From Pyrodictium delaneyi (GTDB lineage Archaea > Thermoproteota > Thermoprotei_A > Sulfolobales > Pyrodictiaceae): 32,000 bases of DNA. The stretch lies in assembly GCF_001412615.1 (NCBI RefSeq), contig NZ_CP013011.1, forward strand, positions 1,980,001 to 2,012,000, read 5' to 3'. Each line of letters starts with the position of its first letter. Within the stretch, counting starts at the first letter, position 1. The translations under genes and the position numbers were made by a program. Shown here piece by piece: positions 16,610 through 25,538 of this stretch. Under the pieces are notes generated by a model. The model saw nothing but the letters and a program-made list of their open reading frames with translations. It did no database searches and was not told the origin of the DNA.

Positions 16610-17941
16610 CTAGCCCTTCTTAGCCGCAGCAGCAACTATCTTGATTACATCATCGTCTCTTAGCTCGTAGTCCTCTCCTATGCGCGTCTTTGTCCGGGCA
16701 TTTATTGCATAGAGGAACGTCTTCCCAAGATCGGTATGCACCATATAGGCTAGCTCGCGCGCCGTCGTCCCCCGTGGCACAAGGTAGGCATCGGGCAGAA
16801 TTCTTCCACGACCATCCGTGAACTTGTTAGCGTCTTCAACAGGATACACTGTTATCATGCCAAGCAGCTCTAGGAATGTCTTGTTTATTGCCTCCTGCAC
16901 CCCCGTAGATCCCCACTTCTTAAGTACACGCTCCCTTATGTACTCAAGTGCTTGGAGCTGTTTCCTTGACAGTTTTTCCTCGTCAACTATTTCGAAGTCA
17001 CTATCGCCCGGTATGTACCTTATTACTCCAGCGCGCGCTGCCCGCCGCAGCGCGAGCTCTGCCGCCGCACTAGTAGGTACGACTATGTAGTCCTTGAGTT
17101 CCTTCTTCATACGCTTGATGTTGTCTTCCGCCTCCGGTATATCGGCCTTATTAGCAGCTATGAGCATCGGCTTTGACAGCCTTATCCCTTTAGCGAATCT
17201 CCTAAGATCCTCCCGGGTCCAGGACGTGAGCGACTTACCTGCAAGACCGGCATACTCTAGCGCTTTCTCTACATGGTATCTACGGATGCTTAGACCGCTA
17301 AGCCTCTGGGCAAGAGCCTCAACGATGTTAGCCCCCGTTGTGGAAACCTTCATAGCAAACCGGTCCCAGTCATTGAGCAAAATACCGTATATCCATTCTT
17401 CTAGCTCCTCTTCGAGCCACCTGACCTCCTCTACCGGGTCATATGTCCCCGGTGGAACCGGGTTCCCTGCAGCATCAGTAGAGCCAGAGGCATCTACCAC
17501 CAGTATTATCGCGTCAGCCTGCCTTATGGCGTCAAGGAACCTGTTACCAAGACCTTTACCTTCATGCGCGCCCGGAATTAGACCTGGTATATCTATGAGC
17601 TTGACTGGTATGAAACGCCAACCGTCAGCACAGTAGCCGGATGCAGGGTCACAGCGAGGAAGCCCCAGCTCTACGTGGACGCACCGCTTTCTAACATACC
17701 CTACGCCAGTACTAGGCTCCAATGTAACGAAGGGTCTGTTACCGATCTCCACGGTGGCAAGTGTTGCAGCTGCGAAGAATGTTGACTTTCCAACGTTGGT
17801 CTTACCCACTATGCCTGCCTGTCTTTCGGGTGGCGGCAAGGCTCCTAGTACACCCGCCAAGGGAGTGTCTATAGATGTAGTTCTAAGGATGTTCCGGTTG
17901 CAAACCAGCCGGTAGGCGTTACCCGAGAGTATGAACATCAT
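16610..17941 (-). CDS. YchF/OLA1-related P-loop GTPase with C-terminal TGS-like domain
   Basis: 443 aa. G1 loop GIVGKTNVGKSTFF, DIPGLIPGAHEGKGLGN (G3), AANKADI (G4), C-terminal VHTDLGKTFLYAINA...DDDVIKIV (TGS-like). The N-terminal ~40 aa before the P-loop are unusual. In-frame TTG codons (MAGVLG..., MPPPERQ...) are alternative starts. Confidence 0.85.
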   Translation of the reverse strand: MMFILSGNAYRLVCNRNILRTTSIDTPLAGVLGALPPPERQAGIVGKTNVGKSTFFAAATLATVEIGNRPFVTLEPSTGVGYVRKRCVHVELGLPRCDPASGYCADGWRFIPVKLIDIPGLIPGAHEGKGLGNRFLDAIRQADAIILVVDASGSTDAAGNPVPPGTYDPVEEVRWLEEELEEWIYGILLNDWDRFAMKVSTTGANIVEALAQRLSGLSIRRYHVEKALEYAGLAGKSLTSWTREDLRRFAKGIRLSKPMLIAANKADIPEAEDNIKRMKKELKDYIVVPTSAAAELALRRAARAGVIRYIPGDSDFEIVDEEKLSRKQLQALEYIRERVLKKWGSTGVQEAINKTFLELLGMITVYPVEDANKFTDGRGRILPDAYLVPRGTTARELAYMVHTDLGKTFLYAINARTKTRIGEDYELRDDDVIKIVAAAAKKG

Positions 17942-18054
17942 TCTCGGACACAGGGCTAGCTAGGGTACCCTACACTTACAACTATTGTAAGTCATACTAG
18001 GTAAAAACTCGTAAATGATGGTAGTAATATTGTTTCTTGAGCGTTCTAAGAGAT

Positions 18055-18483
18055 CTAATAGTCTCCTACAATCTCTTCGTCGCTGAAGAATACCTTGTAC
18101 TCGCGTTCAAAGGACTCCCTGCTGTCGCTTGCATGTATCACGTTAGCGCCTATGTCTAGCGCGAAGTCGCCACGTATGGTTCCTGGCGGTGCTTTTCTAC
18201 CATCAGTTGGGCCTATCATCAGCCTCACTACTTCTACTGCGCTGTCACCCTCGAGTATCATGGCTACAACAGGGCCGCTTGTGATGAATTCTACTAGCTC
18301 CTCGAAGAATGGCTTACCGCGGTGCACCTCATAGAGTTTCTCGGCTTCCTCGCGTGTAAGCCACTTCATCTTTAGAGCCTTTATCTTGAGGCCTTTCCTC
18401 TCAAACCTGGCTATAATCTCGCCTACAAGGCCACGCTTAACTGCATCGGGCTTTATCATTACGAATGTACGCTCTACCGCCAC
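18055..18483 (-). CDS. ndk: Nucleoside diphosphate kinase
   Basis: 142 aa. [29 protein letters not shown] and NVIHASDS (active-site His) are NDK signatures. Confidence 0.95.
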   Translation of the reverse strand: MAVERTFVMIKPDAVKRGLVGEIIARFERKGLKIKALKMKWLTREEAEKLYEVHRGKPFFEELVEFITSGPVVAMILEGDSAVEVVRLMIGPTDGRKAPPGTIRGDFALDIGANVIHASDSRESFEREYKVFFSDEEIVGDY

Positions 18484-18617
18484 GCTGAGCCACCCCTCGC
18501 GCTACGCTGGAAGACTCCTAGCGGGAGGGCTGCTGGGAGGGCTATAAGAGGACACTCTTAGTACATGGTATACGGTATCGTCTAGCGTCTTTACTGGGCC
18601 TGTGATAGAGTCTTGGG

Positions 18618-19448
18618 GTGGCCTTAGTGTTTGTAGACGATGTATGTAGAGCTGTTAGATCGTTTATGGCACGGCTAGGCGAGGGTGCGCGGAGGCTATT
18701 CCTACGTGGCGTAGCCGAGATGGAGAAGCATGAAGATGTAGCCGCTCTCTACCATTATGCTACGATGATAGAAAAAGATGCCTACATGGATAGCCCGACT
18801 GTCAGCTGGCCAGGCTTCTTCAAACAGTACTACTGTTCTAACCGTGTAGAGTTGCCGGAACCCCTCAGGCATAGCGGTGTAGACACTCTTTCCGCTATAA
18901 GGCTGCGCAGGAGCCGAAGAAGCTACAGTCCCGAGCCACTAAGCCTTCTAGAAATTTCTACAATACTATACCATGCTGTAGGTATACGGGGGTGGGACGG
19001 CGACTGGCCTCTAAGAGTCTACCCTAGTGCCGGAGGCCTACAACCGGTAGAAGCCTATCTAGTTGCAGAGCGCGTTGAAGGCCTCGAACCCGGCCTTTAC
19101 CATTACATTCCTCTTACTCACTCTCTCTGCCTGCTTAGAAGTGGGAGTTACATGGACATCCTCTCGACTATAGCACTTGGCCAAGAGCACATTGTCGAGG
19201 CCCCAGCTGCGCTACTAATTACAGCTGTCTATGCTAGGACCGCTAGCAAGTATGCAGCCCGCTCCTATCGCTACATCCACCTCGACGCTGGGACAGTAGT
19301 TCAGAACGTGTACCTAGTAGCTGAAGCGCTGAAACTAGCTACCGTTGTTGTCGGTGCCTTCTACGACGAGGAACTATGTAGACTACTTAGCGTAGACTGC
19401 TACATTGAGATACCCATAGCTATCATGCCTATCGGGAAGCGGTTATGA
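18618..19448 (+). CDS. SagB/ThcOx-type nitroreductase-family dehydrogenase
   Basis: 276 aa. RRSRRSYSPEPLSLLEISTILYHAVG, YPSAGGLQPVEAYLV, GLYHYIPLTHSL and YIHLDAGTVVQNVYLVAEAL fit the SagB-type FMN dehydrogenase pattern. GTG start. ATG 18666 is an alternative. Confidence 0.75.
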   Translation: MALVFVDDVCRAVRSFMARLGEGARRLFLRGVAEMEKHEDVAALYHYATMIEKDAYMDSPTVSWPGFFKQYYCSNRVELPEPLRHSGVDTLSAIRLRRSRRSYSPEPLSLLEISTILYHAVGIRGWDGDWPLRVYPSAGGLQPVEAYLVAERVEGLEPGLYHYIPLTHSLCLLRSGSYMDILSTIALGQEHIVEAPAALLITAVYARTASKYAARSYRYIHLDAGTVVQNVYLVAEALKLATVVVGAFYDEELCRLLSVDCYIEIPIAIMPIGKRL

Positions 19449-19489
19449 AGCAGTGCCTCTCTAACCAAGCCCTCGGGAGGAGATCCGGG

Positions 19490-20386
19490 ATGTCTGGTTG
19501 TATAGCTGTTCTCGGCTTGGGGCGCATGGGCTCAGCTATGGCGAGGAGGCTTGCCGAGAAAGGCTATAGCCTGGTTCTTTGGAACCGCACAGTGTCCAGG
19601 GCTAAGGTTCTCGCAGAAGAGCTTGGGGCCGAAGTTGTCGCCTCACCTCGCGAAGCTGCCGATGCATGTGAGTTCATACACATAGTTGTATCTGATGACG
19701 AGGCCTCGCTCGAGGTTTTATCAGGGAGCAACGGTGTAGCTACAAAACCGCTAACTGGCAAGATTGTATTTAATCACGCGACAGTTACACCCCGGCACAG
19801 CATTGTAGCAGACAGCATAGTGTCGCGTGCTGGCGGCATCTATGTAGAGGCTCCTGTTGCGGGAAATCCTCGGAATGCGCTCGAGGGCAGCCTAGTCATA
19901 TTATGTAGCTCGAGAGCCGGGGAAAGGGTGTGCAATACTAAGCATCTACGCGACCTAGGCGACGTCGTCTACCTCGGCGAGCCTCCTAGGGCTGCCGCTG
20001 CTAAGCTGGCCTTCAACTTGTCATTCCTCTCCATAATAGCTGGGCTCGGAGAAGCATTCGCGCTAGTTGAGTCCTACGGACTTAGTGCTGATCTATTTGC
20101 AAGAGAGGTTCTGGGTAGGACATGGATTAAGACAATAGTAGAGCGGTATGGCGAGAGACTATGGCCTCGTGGAAAGGCGAGCTTTGTCGCCAGACTAGCC
20201 GGGAAGGACGCAAGGTACGCGTTCGAGGCTCTAACCGACGCGGGGCTGCCAGGCGGTGTAGCTGCCGCTGTGGCTAACCACTACGCCTTGATGACACTCA
20301 TGGGGCAAGGCGAGGAAGATTACCCATCACTTGCAGGTTTCCTCGCAGAGCTTGCTAGGAGTAGGAATAGGAAAGGCAGGGACTAG
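19490..20386 (+). CDS. NAD(P)-dependent oxidoreductase, 3-hydroxyisobutyrate/6-phosphogluconate dehydrogenase-like
   Basis: Rossmann loop IAVLGLGRMGSAMARRLAEKGYSLVLWNRT. The ORF opens at 19445 (ATGA overlap with the SagB stop). ATG 19490 has GGGAGGAG 7 nt upstream, so I prefer it. Confidence 0.8.
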   Translation: MSGCIAVLGLGRMGSAMARRLAEKGYSLVLWNRTVSRAKVLAEELGAEVVASPREAADACEFIHIVVSDDEASLEVLSGSNGVATKPLTGKIVFNHATVTPRHSIVADSIVSRAGGIYVEAPVAGNPRNALEGSLVILCSSRAGERVCNTKHLRDLGDVVYLGEPPRAAAAKLAFNLSFLSIIAGLGEAFALVESYGLSADLFAREVLGRTWIKTIVERYGERLWPRGKASFVARLAGKDARYAFEALTDAGLPGGVAAAVANHYALMTLMGQGEEDYPSLAGFLAELARSRNRKGRD

Positions 20387-20391
20387 CCTAC

Positions 20392-21273
20392 ATGGTGCCT
20401 GCTTTTATGGAATTCAAGGGGCTCGTCGCTATACTAGTGGCGGTTATAGCATGGAGCTTAGCTCCCGCCATAGTTAGTAGGGCATCGCTGAAAGTGAGGC
20501 GCGTAGACCCCTGGGCTTTTAATGGATGGCGGATGCTCGTCGCCGCCCTTGCAACAATACCGCTTGCCTACACCTACGAGGGCTTTCCGCTAACTACACC
20601 CTGGCTCGACCCTGTGTTCGAACTCGGTGTATGGCTAGGCGGGGTTCTTGGCACCATTCTAGGCGATGGCCTCTTCGTCTATAGTGTTAGCCGTATTGGT
20701 GCAAGTATAGCCATGCCTATTTCATATCTATTCGTGATATGGACTAGCCTATACGACTATATCCGGGGCGAGGCTGGCGTAAGCGTCCTCTTCGCCGCAG
20801 CACTTGCACTAGTAGGAATATGGACTGTGTCCACCAGCAGAGGAGGAAGGCTAGCACTACCCCACCGGGATAGATTATCCGCCATAGCTGCTGCCATAGC
20901 AACTTCCCTTATATGGGGGGCTAGCATGTATGCGTACCAGGCCGCATTGGACCGGGCCGGTTATCTAAGCGTAGCAAGTGCTAGAGCAGTATTCACAGTC
21001 CTCGTACTCCTCCGCCCGATACTTCTATGGAAAGACGCTCGCTATATAGCAGTAGAGATTGTGGCGAGCTCGCTACTAGGTTATGTTGTAGGTGCACTAG
21101 CATTCCTCGTGGCTCTTTCACTCATGCCTGCGAGCATTGTAGCCATAGGATTAGCACTCTCGCCTATAACGACGCAGCTCGTCGTCGCCCCAGTGGCAAA
21201 GGAGCATATTGAGCCACGGCTACTACTAGGCGGCGCATTGATAACAATAGCACTTATACTTGCAAGCATTTAG
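20392..21273 (+). CDS. EamA/DMT-superfamily transporter
   Basis: 293 aa, about 10 hydrophobic segments in two similar halves, typical of EamA duplications. Starts 6 nt after the upstream gene. Confidence 0.75.
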   Translation: MVPAFMEFKGLVAILVAVIAWSLAPAIVSRASLKVRRVDPWAFNGWRMLVAALATIPLAYTYEGFPLTTPWLDPVFELGVWLGGVLGTILGDGLFVYSVSRIGASIAMPISYLFVIWTSLYDYIRGEAGVSVLFAAALALVGIWTVSTSRGGRLALPHRDRLSAIAAAIATSLIWGASMYAYQAALDRAGYLSVASARAVFTVLVLLRPILLWKDARYIAVEIVASSLLGYVVGALAFLVALSLMPASIVAIGLALSPITTQLVVAPVAKEHIEPRLLLGGALITIALILASI

Positions 21274-21356
21274 CATGAAACCACAATCATAACTCTGTGT
21301 AATAGCGTATTAGGGAAGATGCAAGGCCGACTGACCGTACGACTACCAGGGAGGAC

Positions 21357-21361
21357 AAAAA
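21357..21361 (-). terminator. T5 run downstream of rpl24e (candidate terminator)
   Basis: Minus-sense CATGTTTTTGTCC lies about 47 nt after the L24e stop, in the convergent spacer with the DMT gene. Confidence 0.3.
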
Positions 21362-21407
21362 CATGCCTATAACACAGTGTCGCTGGCCAGGGCCGGCAAT
21401 GTAATAG

Positions 21408-21593
21408 TTAGTGGCGCAGTCTTGTGTAGTGCTTTGTCCACTTTAGTTTACGGGGATCACGGCCCATCTTCCATAGCTTGAGGCACTTGCTGCTGCAGAA
21501 CCATAGTATCGAGCCGTCGTTTTTCACGTACATTAGGCCAGTACCAGGCTCTATCTCGCGACCACAGTAAGTACAACTGTGTACTACCGGCAT
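21408..21593 (-). CDS. rpl24e: 50S ribosomal protein L24e (eL24)
   Basis: 61 aa. [31 protein letters not shown] is the L24e zinc-ribbon signature. Confidence 0.93.
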   Translation of the reverse strand: MPVVHSCTYCGREIEPGTGLMYVKNDGSILWFCSSKCLKLWKMGRDPRKLKWTKHYTRLRH

Positions 21594-21599
21594 GGCCTA

Positions 21600-21845
21600 T
21601 TACCTCCTCCTACCTAGCCTCCTGGCTTCACGCTCAGTCTCTCTTAGTATAACTATGTCGCCTAGCCTTACAGGGCCGAGGACGTTACGCGTCAGCACGC
21701 GACCCTTGTCACGGCCCTCAAGCACACGCACGCGCACTTGTATGACCTCACCGTGTACTCCGGTACGGCCTATTATTTGTATGACCTCGGCGGGGAAGCC
21801 TATCTCCTCGATAATGTTGAAGTCCTTGTCCCTGCGCTGGCTCAA
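21600..21845 (-). CDS. rps28e: 30S ribosomal protein S28e (eS28)
   Basis: 81 aa. [58 protein letters not shown] is canonical S28e. TTG start. Confidence 0.93.
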   Translation of the reverse strand: MSQRRDKDFNIIEEIGFPAEVIQIIGRTGVHGEVIQVRVRVLEGRDKGRVLTRNVLGPVRLGDIVILRETEREARRLGRRR

Positions 21846-21883
21846 GCCTCTCTAGCCCCCGCAGAGCCCCTAGCGAAAGCGGG

Positions 21884-21891
21884 CTATAAAA
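21884..21891. promoter_or_regulatory. Single TATA-like element (CTATAAAA/TTTTATAG) shared by divergent rps28e and the HD-like gene
   Basis: It is the only A/T-rich element in the 87-nt divergent spacer. It lies about 39 nt from the S28e TTG (21845) and about 42 nt from ATG 21933. Confidence 0.45.
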
Positions 21892-21932
21892 CACAATGCC
21901 CCCAACAACCCTCGCCTCTGGGGGCGTTCTAC

Positions 21933-22676
21933 ATGGTACGCGAAGCTGTTGTCCACGCCCTCTCTAGGATACGCGGCATAAACCCCGAGGAGCTACTCTC
22001 TGGAGTTCCACACCATGCTGTTCTCACGGCGTTCTATGCAGCAAAGCTATGCGGGCTTGAAAACTGCAGCGAGGAGACAGCCGCCGTAGCCGCTCTAGCC
22101 TACAGCTATCCTCGCGTTACCACTATGATTGATAAACTCCCACACCACATAGCCCACCATGTACGCAAGGTGCTAGAAGAAGCAGAGGATGTACACCTAC
22201 GCTCGCCCTCATCCCAGTACACGATGATAGTACTTGACGCCGATGTACTGGCACGTATAGGCGCACTATCACTGTTTAACCAGTTTACAGCATACCATGC
22301 AACCATAACAGATATGCTTCAGGCTGCACTCGACTCACTAAGCTATGCCGCCGCGTCCGATTACATAATATACACTCAATCAGCCAAGAAGCTAGCTAGC
22401 CGCATGAAACCACATACTATAGCCTACTTCAACTGGCTCGTGGAGGAGCTAGCTAACTTAGGCATAAAGGCTAGGCTGCGTACTGAGAGCACCGTAGGTG
22501 GCGTCGTCTCCTATATAGACCTACTCTCATGCCCATGCGGTGAAACTGTAGTCAAGGATATAGCTGTGAAGCCTACGGAGAAGTGTATGCGCTATACCTT
22601 ACGCTACACGTGCAGGAGCTGCGATTTCAATGCAGAAGTGTCTACATGCATCCCCGAATCCACTAGGACAAGGTAG
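21933..22676 (+). CDS. Hypothetical protein: HD-domain-like helical N-terminal region (HD dyad apparently absent) plus a C-terminal 4-Cys zinc ribbon
   Basis: The track ORF opens at 21738, but its first 65 codons are antisense to rps28e. ATG 21933 follows the TATA element and a GGGGG purine patch. VPHHAVLTAFYAAKLCG ... VLDADVLARIGAL resembles the HD-superfamily first His and terminal Asp. LAYSYPR sits where LLHDIGK is expected. The C-terminus has CPCG...CRSC. Confidence 0.6.
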   Translation: MVREAVVHALSRIRGINPEELLSGVPHHAVLTAFYAAKLCGLENCSEETAAVAALAYSYPRVTTMIDKLPHHIAHHVRKVLEEAEDVHLRSPSSQYTMIVLDADVLARIGALSLFNQFTAYHATITDMLQAALDSLSYAAASDYIIYTQSAKKLASRMKPHTIAYFNWLVEELANLGIKARLRTESTVGGVVSYIDLLSCPCGETVVKDIAVKPTEKCMRYTLRYTCRSCDFNAEVSTCIPESTRTR

Positions 22677-22723
22677 AACTCTCTATCAAGTCTCTATAAA
22701 ACGGAACTAGTGTTTCTGACAGC

Positions 22724-22728
22724 AAAAA
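22724..22728 (-). terminator. T5 run downstream of rpl7ae (candidate terminator)
   Basis: Minus-sense AATTTTTGCTG lies about 43 nt after the L7Ae stop. Confidence 0.3.
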
Positions 22729-22770
22729 TTATTTCATAGATGTGTTCTCTATAGGCAGATGTATCTAAGG

Positions 22771-23151
22771 TTAGGCAGCCTTAGCCTTTAGCTCATTTAC
22801 AGCCTTTACTATCTCATCGACTAGGCTCTTGGCCTCGCCGGGGTCTATGATGCATGCGCTTGCTGCTGCCACCTCTATGCCTGCTGCCTCGCCTAGCCTC
22901 TTCTTGCTGGGCACGTATACGTAGGGTATCTTCTTCTCCTCGCATAGTAGTGGTAGATGCGCCACTATCTCTGGCGGATCTACGTCCTCAGCTATGAGTA
23001 CTAGCTTTGCAAGGCCACGCTCTACACACTTGGTTGTCTCGTTGGTGCCCTTCTTTATCTTACCAGTCTTCCTAGCTATCTCGAGTGCCTGGTATGCCTT
23101 CTCAGCTAGCTCCTCGGGTACCTCGAACCTTACATAGAAGGGCTTGCTCAT
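22771..23151 (-). CDS. rpl7ae: 50S ribosomal protein L7Ae (k-turn binding; also a C/D and H/ACA sRNP and RNase P component)
   Basis: 126 aa. [54 protein letters not shown] is canonical L7Ae. GGAGGAGG lies upstream of the ATG. Confidence 0.95.
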   Translation of the reverse strand: MSKPFYVRFEVPEELAEKAYQALEIARKTGKIKKGTNETTKCVERGLAKLVLIAEDVDPPEIVAHLPLLCEEKKIPYVYVPSKKRLGEAAGIEVAAASACIIDPGEAKSLVDEIVKAVNELKAKAA

Positions 23152-23256
23152 GGCTCATCCTCCTCCCGGTGCCTGGTCGTCGCCCAGGTATCTGGGCGTG
23201 TAGAGGAGCCACTACTGCTAGGGTTTACAAAACTAGCGGGCCTTGTCTTCAGGCGG

Positions 23257-25032
23257 TTACTCGTGCGCAAATACCATTACTACTTTCCTCACGGACCCGT
23301 CTTCCGTCTCCAGAGCGTCTACTCTTGCGAAGCCTATGCGTACTAGCTGCACTATGTCTCCTTGCTTTAGTTCTGCTGCTGCCTGCTCTACTATCCCGCG
23401 TCGCTGTATTAGGTCTAGACCTTCAGGTACTAGGAGCTCTATTTGGAGCGATGCGTCGCCCGGGATCCACTGTATTATAAGGGCCCGGTGCTTACGCGCA
23501 TCCTCTAGGCCGAGGCTATGGAATCTAGCTCTTATCTTATCTCCTTCAATGTCTACTATTTCTACATTGAAAGCCTCCATGAGCCTTACAATACTGCCTT
23601 TCTTTAGTAGCTTCTTATCGCTCTGCGATATATAGACTGTTGCTGTTGGTCCTTCTAGGCTTATTCTTCTTGAACCTAGTTTGCCCGACGGATGATAGGG
23701 TATTTCAAATTCGCGTTTCTCCCATGGCAAGTTTTCTATAATCATTGGCGTCGGCGGTATGGCTGCCATTATTCTACGAGCTGTGGGGTCTACTATCACG
23801 CGGTTTGTGGCAGCTAGGTTGGTATAGCTTATACTTGCATCAGTGTACTTAACGCCTACATCTAGTATTAGTTTCCTTATAGCCTCAGCTGTTATTCCAC
23901 GCCTCCTTAGACCAGCTATAGTCGCAAATCGTGGATCGTCTATTCCACTGCTGACGCCTTGGTCAAGGAGCTGCTTTAGTGCGGACTTGCTCATTATGAA
24001 GCCTTCAAGCTTTAAGCGTCCAAAGTGTACAACGTGTGGATACTTCCAGCCCATGTACTCGTATACGTACTTCTGCTTGATCGTGTTCTGCATATGCTCC
24101 TTGGCACGGAGTATGTGTGTTACACCCATTAGCCAGTCATCAACGCCGGCTGCGAAGTTGTAGGTAGGCCAGACGATGTAGCGATCGCCGACTAGCGGGT
24201 GAGGATAGCGGCTTGTATCGATTATCCGGAATGCTACCCAGTCGCGGACGCTCGGGTCTGGGTGATTTGGATCAGTCTTTATCCTAACGACTGCCTCGCC
24301 CTCGGCGAAGCGCCCTTCAAGCATCTGGTCCCATAGTTCTAGGTTCTCCTCTGCTGTACGTAGCCGGGGCGGGTACTCGGAGAGCTTGCCAGAGTTACGG
24401 TATTTCCTAAACTCTTCACCCGGCTTATCATCTACATAGGCGTGGCCTTTCTCTAGAAGCTCCTTTATAATCTGGTAGTATATTGGCATGCGTAGGCTCT
24501 GTATGTATTCCTCGTCCCAGCGGATGCCTAGCCACTCTAGATCCTGCTTTATCAGCTCGTATGCCTCGGGTAGCGGGGTCTTTGTACGGGGATCCGTGTC
24601 CTCGAATCGAAGTATCATCTTCCCCTTGTATATCACCTTGTACTCGTAACTGAGTATAGCCGGCCTCGCATTGCCAAGGTGTATCACGAAGTCAGGGTTA
24701 GGCGCAAAGCGTGTAACAATTTTGCCCTCCTCTGCCCCGGGGAGCGGAGGTAGCGTCTTCTCCTGCTCCTTAGGCTTGCTGAGCTTCTCTAGCACCCAGC
24801 TATACTTCTCTTCGAGTAGCCTCTTCTGCTCATCCAAAGAGAGCTTGTTTACCTCAGCTACGACCTCGCGTACTATCGCCACTATCTCACGGGCATGAGG
24901 CCTTAGCTCGGGCTTTTCAGCCATAATCTTGCCCATTACGGGACCTACAGCAGCACGCCCACCGTGTTCAACAGCATTGACAAGCGCGTAAGCTCTTGCT
25001 AGCTCGCGCAGTTCGTCAGGATTGTACTTCAA
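23257..25032 (-). CDS. gltX: Glutamyl-tRNA synthetase (archaeal type)
   Basis: 591 aa. FAPNPDFVIHLGNARPAILSY (HIGH-type motif), RFEDTDPRTK, and a KMSKS-like FIMSKS. Confidence 0.93.
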   Translation of the reverse strand: MKYNPDELRELARAYALVNAVEHGGRAAVGPVMGKIMAEKPELRPHAREIVAIVREVVAEVNKLSLDEQKRLLEEKYSWVLEKLSKPKEQEKTLPPLPGAEEGKIVTRFAPNPDFVIHLGNARPAILSYEYKVIYKGKMILRFEDTDPRTKTPLPEAYELIKQDLEWLGIRWDEEYIQSLRMPIYYQIIKELLEKGHAYVDDKPGEEFRKYRNSGKLSEYPPRLRTAEENLELWDQMLEGRFAEGEAVVRIKTDPNHPDPSVRDWVAFRIIDTSRYPHPLVGDRYIVWPTYNFAAGVDDWLMGVTHILRAKEHMQNTIKQKYVYEYMGWKYPHVVHFGRLKLEGFIMSKSALKQLLDQGVSSGIDDPRFATIAGLRRRGITAEAIRKLILDVGVKYTDASISYTNLAATNRVIVDPTARRIMAAIPPTPMIIENLPWEKREFEIPYHPSGKLGSRRISLEGPTATVYISQSDKKLLKKGSIVRLMEAFNVEIVDIEGDKIRARFHSLGLEDARKHRALIIQWIPGDASLQIELLVPEGLDLIQRRGIVEQAAAELKQGDIVQLVRIGFARVDALETEDGSVRKVVMVFAHE

Positions 25033-25531
25033 TCTCCTTTACCACCTCCCGCGGCGCTACCAAGACTATGTTCCTATCCGGCCCGGATTCAGGCGAAGAG
25101 TAGATGTACACTATAACACCTTCCACATGGCTTCTAATATGACGCACCTCAAACTTCCGTGTCGCTATAAAGCCTATAGTATCCTCAATACCGACCTTGC
25201 TGCCCTCACACACCTCTACGGCTACACGCATTCCCTCTAGAGGTATAGGCTCAACGTAGCTTCCAGCCTCTACTAGGAGTCCACGCCGATAGTCCGGCGG
25301 AAGTACCACTATGAAGCTCCTTGTACATTTCTTGGCGACAAGGTCTACTATACTGTCGAGTTCCACGCCATATATCGCCTTTCCAAAACATCTAGCATCC
25401 TTTGGACACTCCATAGAACGTTTTGCTATACTGTCCCTTAATACTAGGAACTCGTCAGAATCCAGGCCCTCTATAAATAATTGGGGAATAAGGTAGGGTG
25501 ATTTGTGACAGCCCTCGACCTGCTCCGACAC
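25016..25531 (-). CDS. Conserved archaeal hypothetical protein with a C-terminal lipoyl/biotinyl-like beta-barrel (DUF2118-like)
   Basis: The ORF opens at TTG 25579, which would overlap idsA by 41 nt. GTG 25531 lies 8 nt after the idsA stop and is preferred. The C-terminal GMRVAVEVCEGSKVGIEDTIGFIATRKFEVRHIRSHVEGVIVYI looks like a hybrid-motif barrel. The family call is from memory only. Confidence 0.5.
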   Translation of the reverse strand: MSEQVEGCHKSPYLIPQLFIEGLDSDEFLVLRDSIAKRSMECPKDARCFGKAIYGVELDSIVDLVAKKCTRSFIVVLPPDYRRGLLVEAGSYVEPIPLEGMRVAVEVCEGSKVGIEDTIGFIATRKFEVRHIRSHVEGVIVYIYSSPESGPDRNIVLVAPREVVKEIEVQS

Positions 25532-25538
25532 GCCTGTG

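Noticed and set aside
18014-18031. Half C/D-like element AATGATGG...CTTGA near the ndk stop
   Set aside because: The C box is imperfect, the D box is degenerate, the spacing is only 16 nt, and there is no second box pair or terminal stem.
21738-21932. N-terminal 65 codons of the 312-aa plus-strand ORF
   Set aside because: This part is antisense to rps28e and crosses the divergent promoter region. ATG 21933, downstream of the TATA element, is a far more plausible start.
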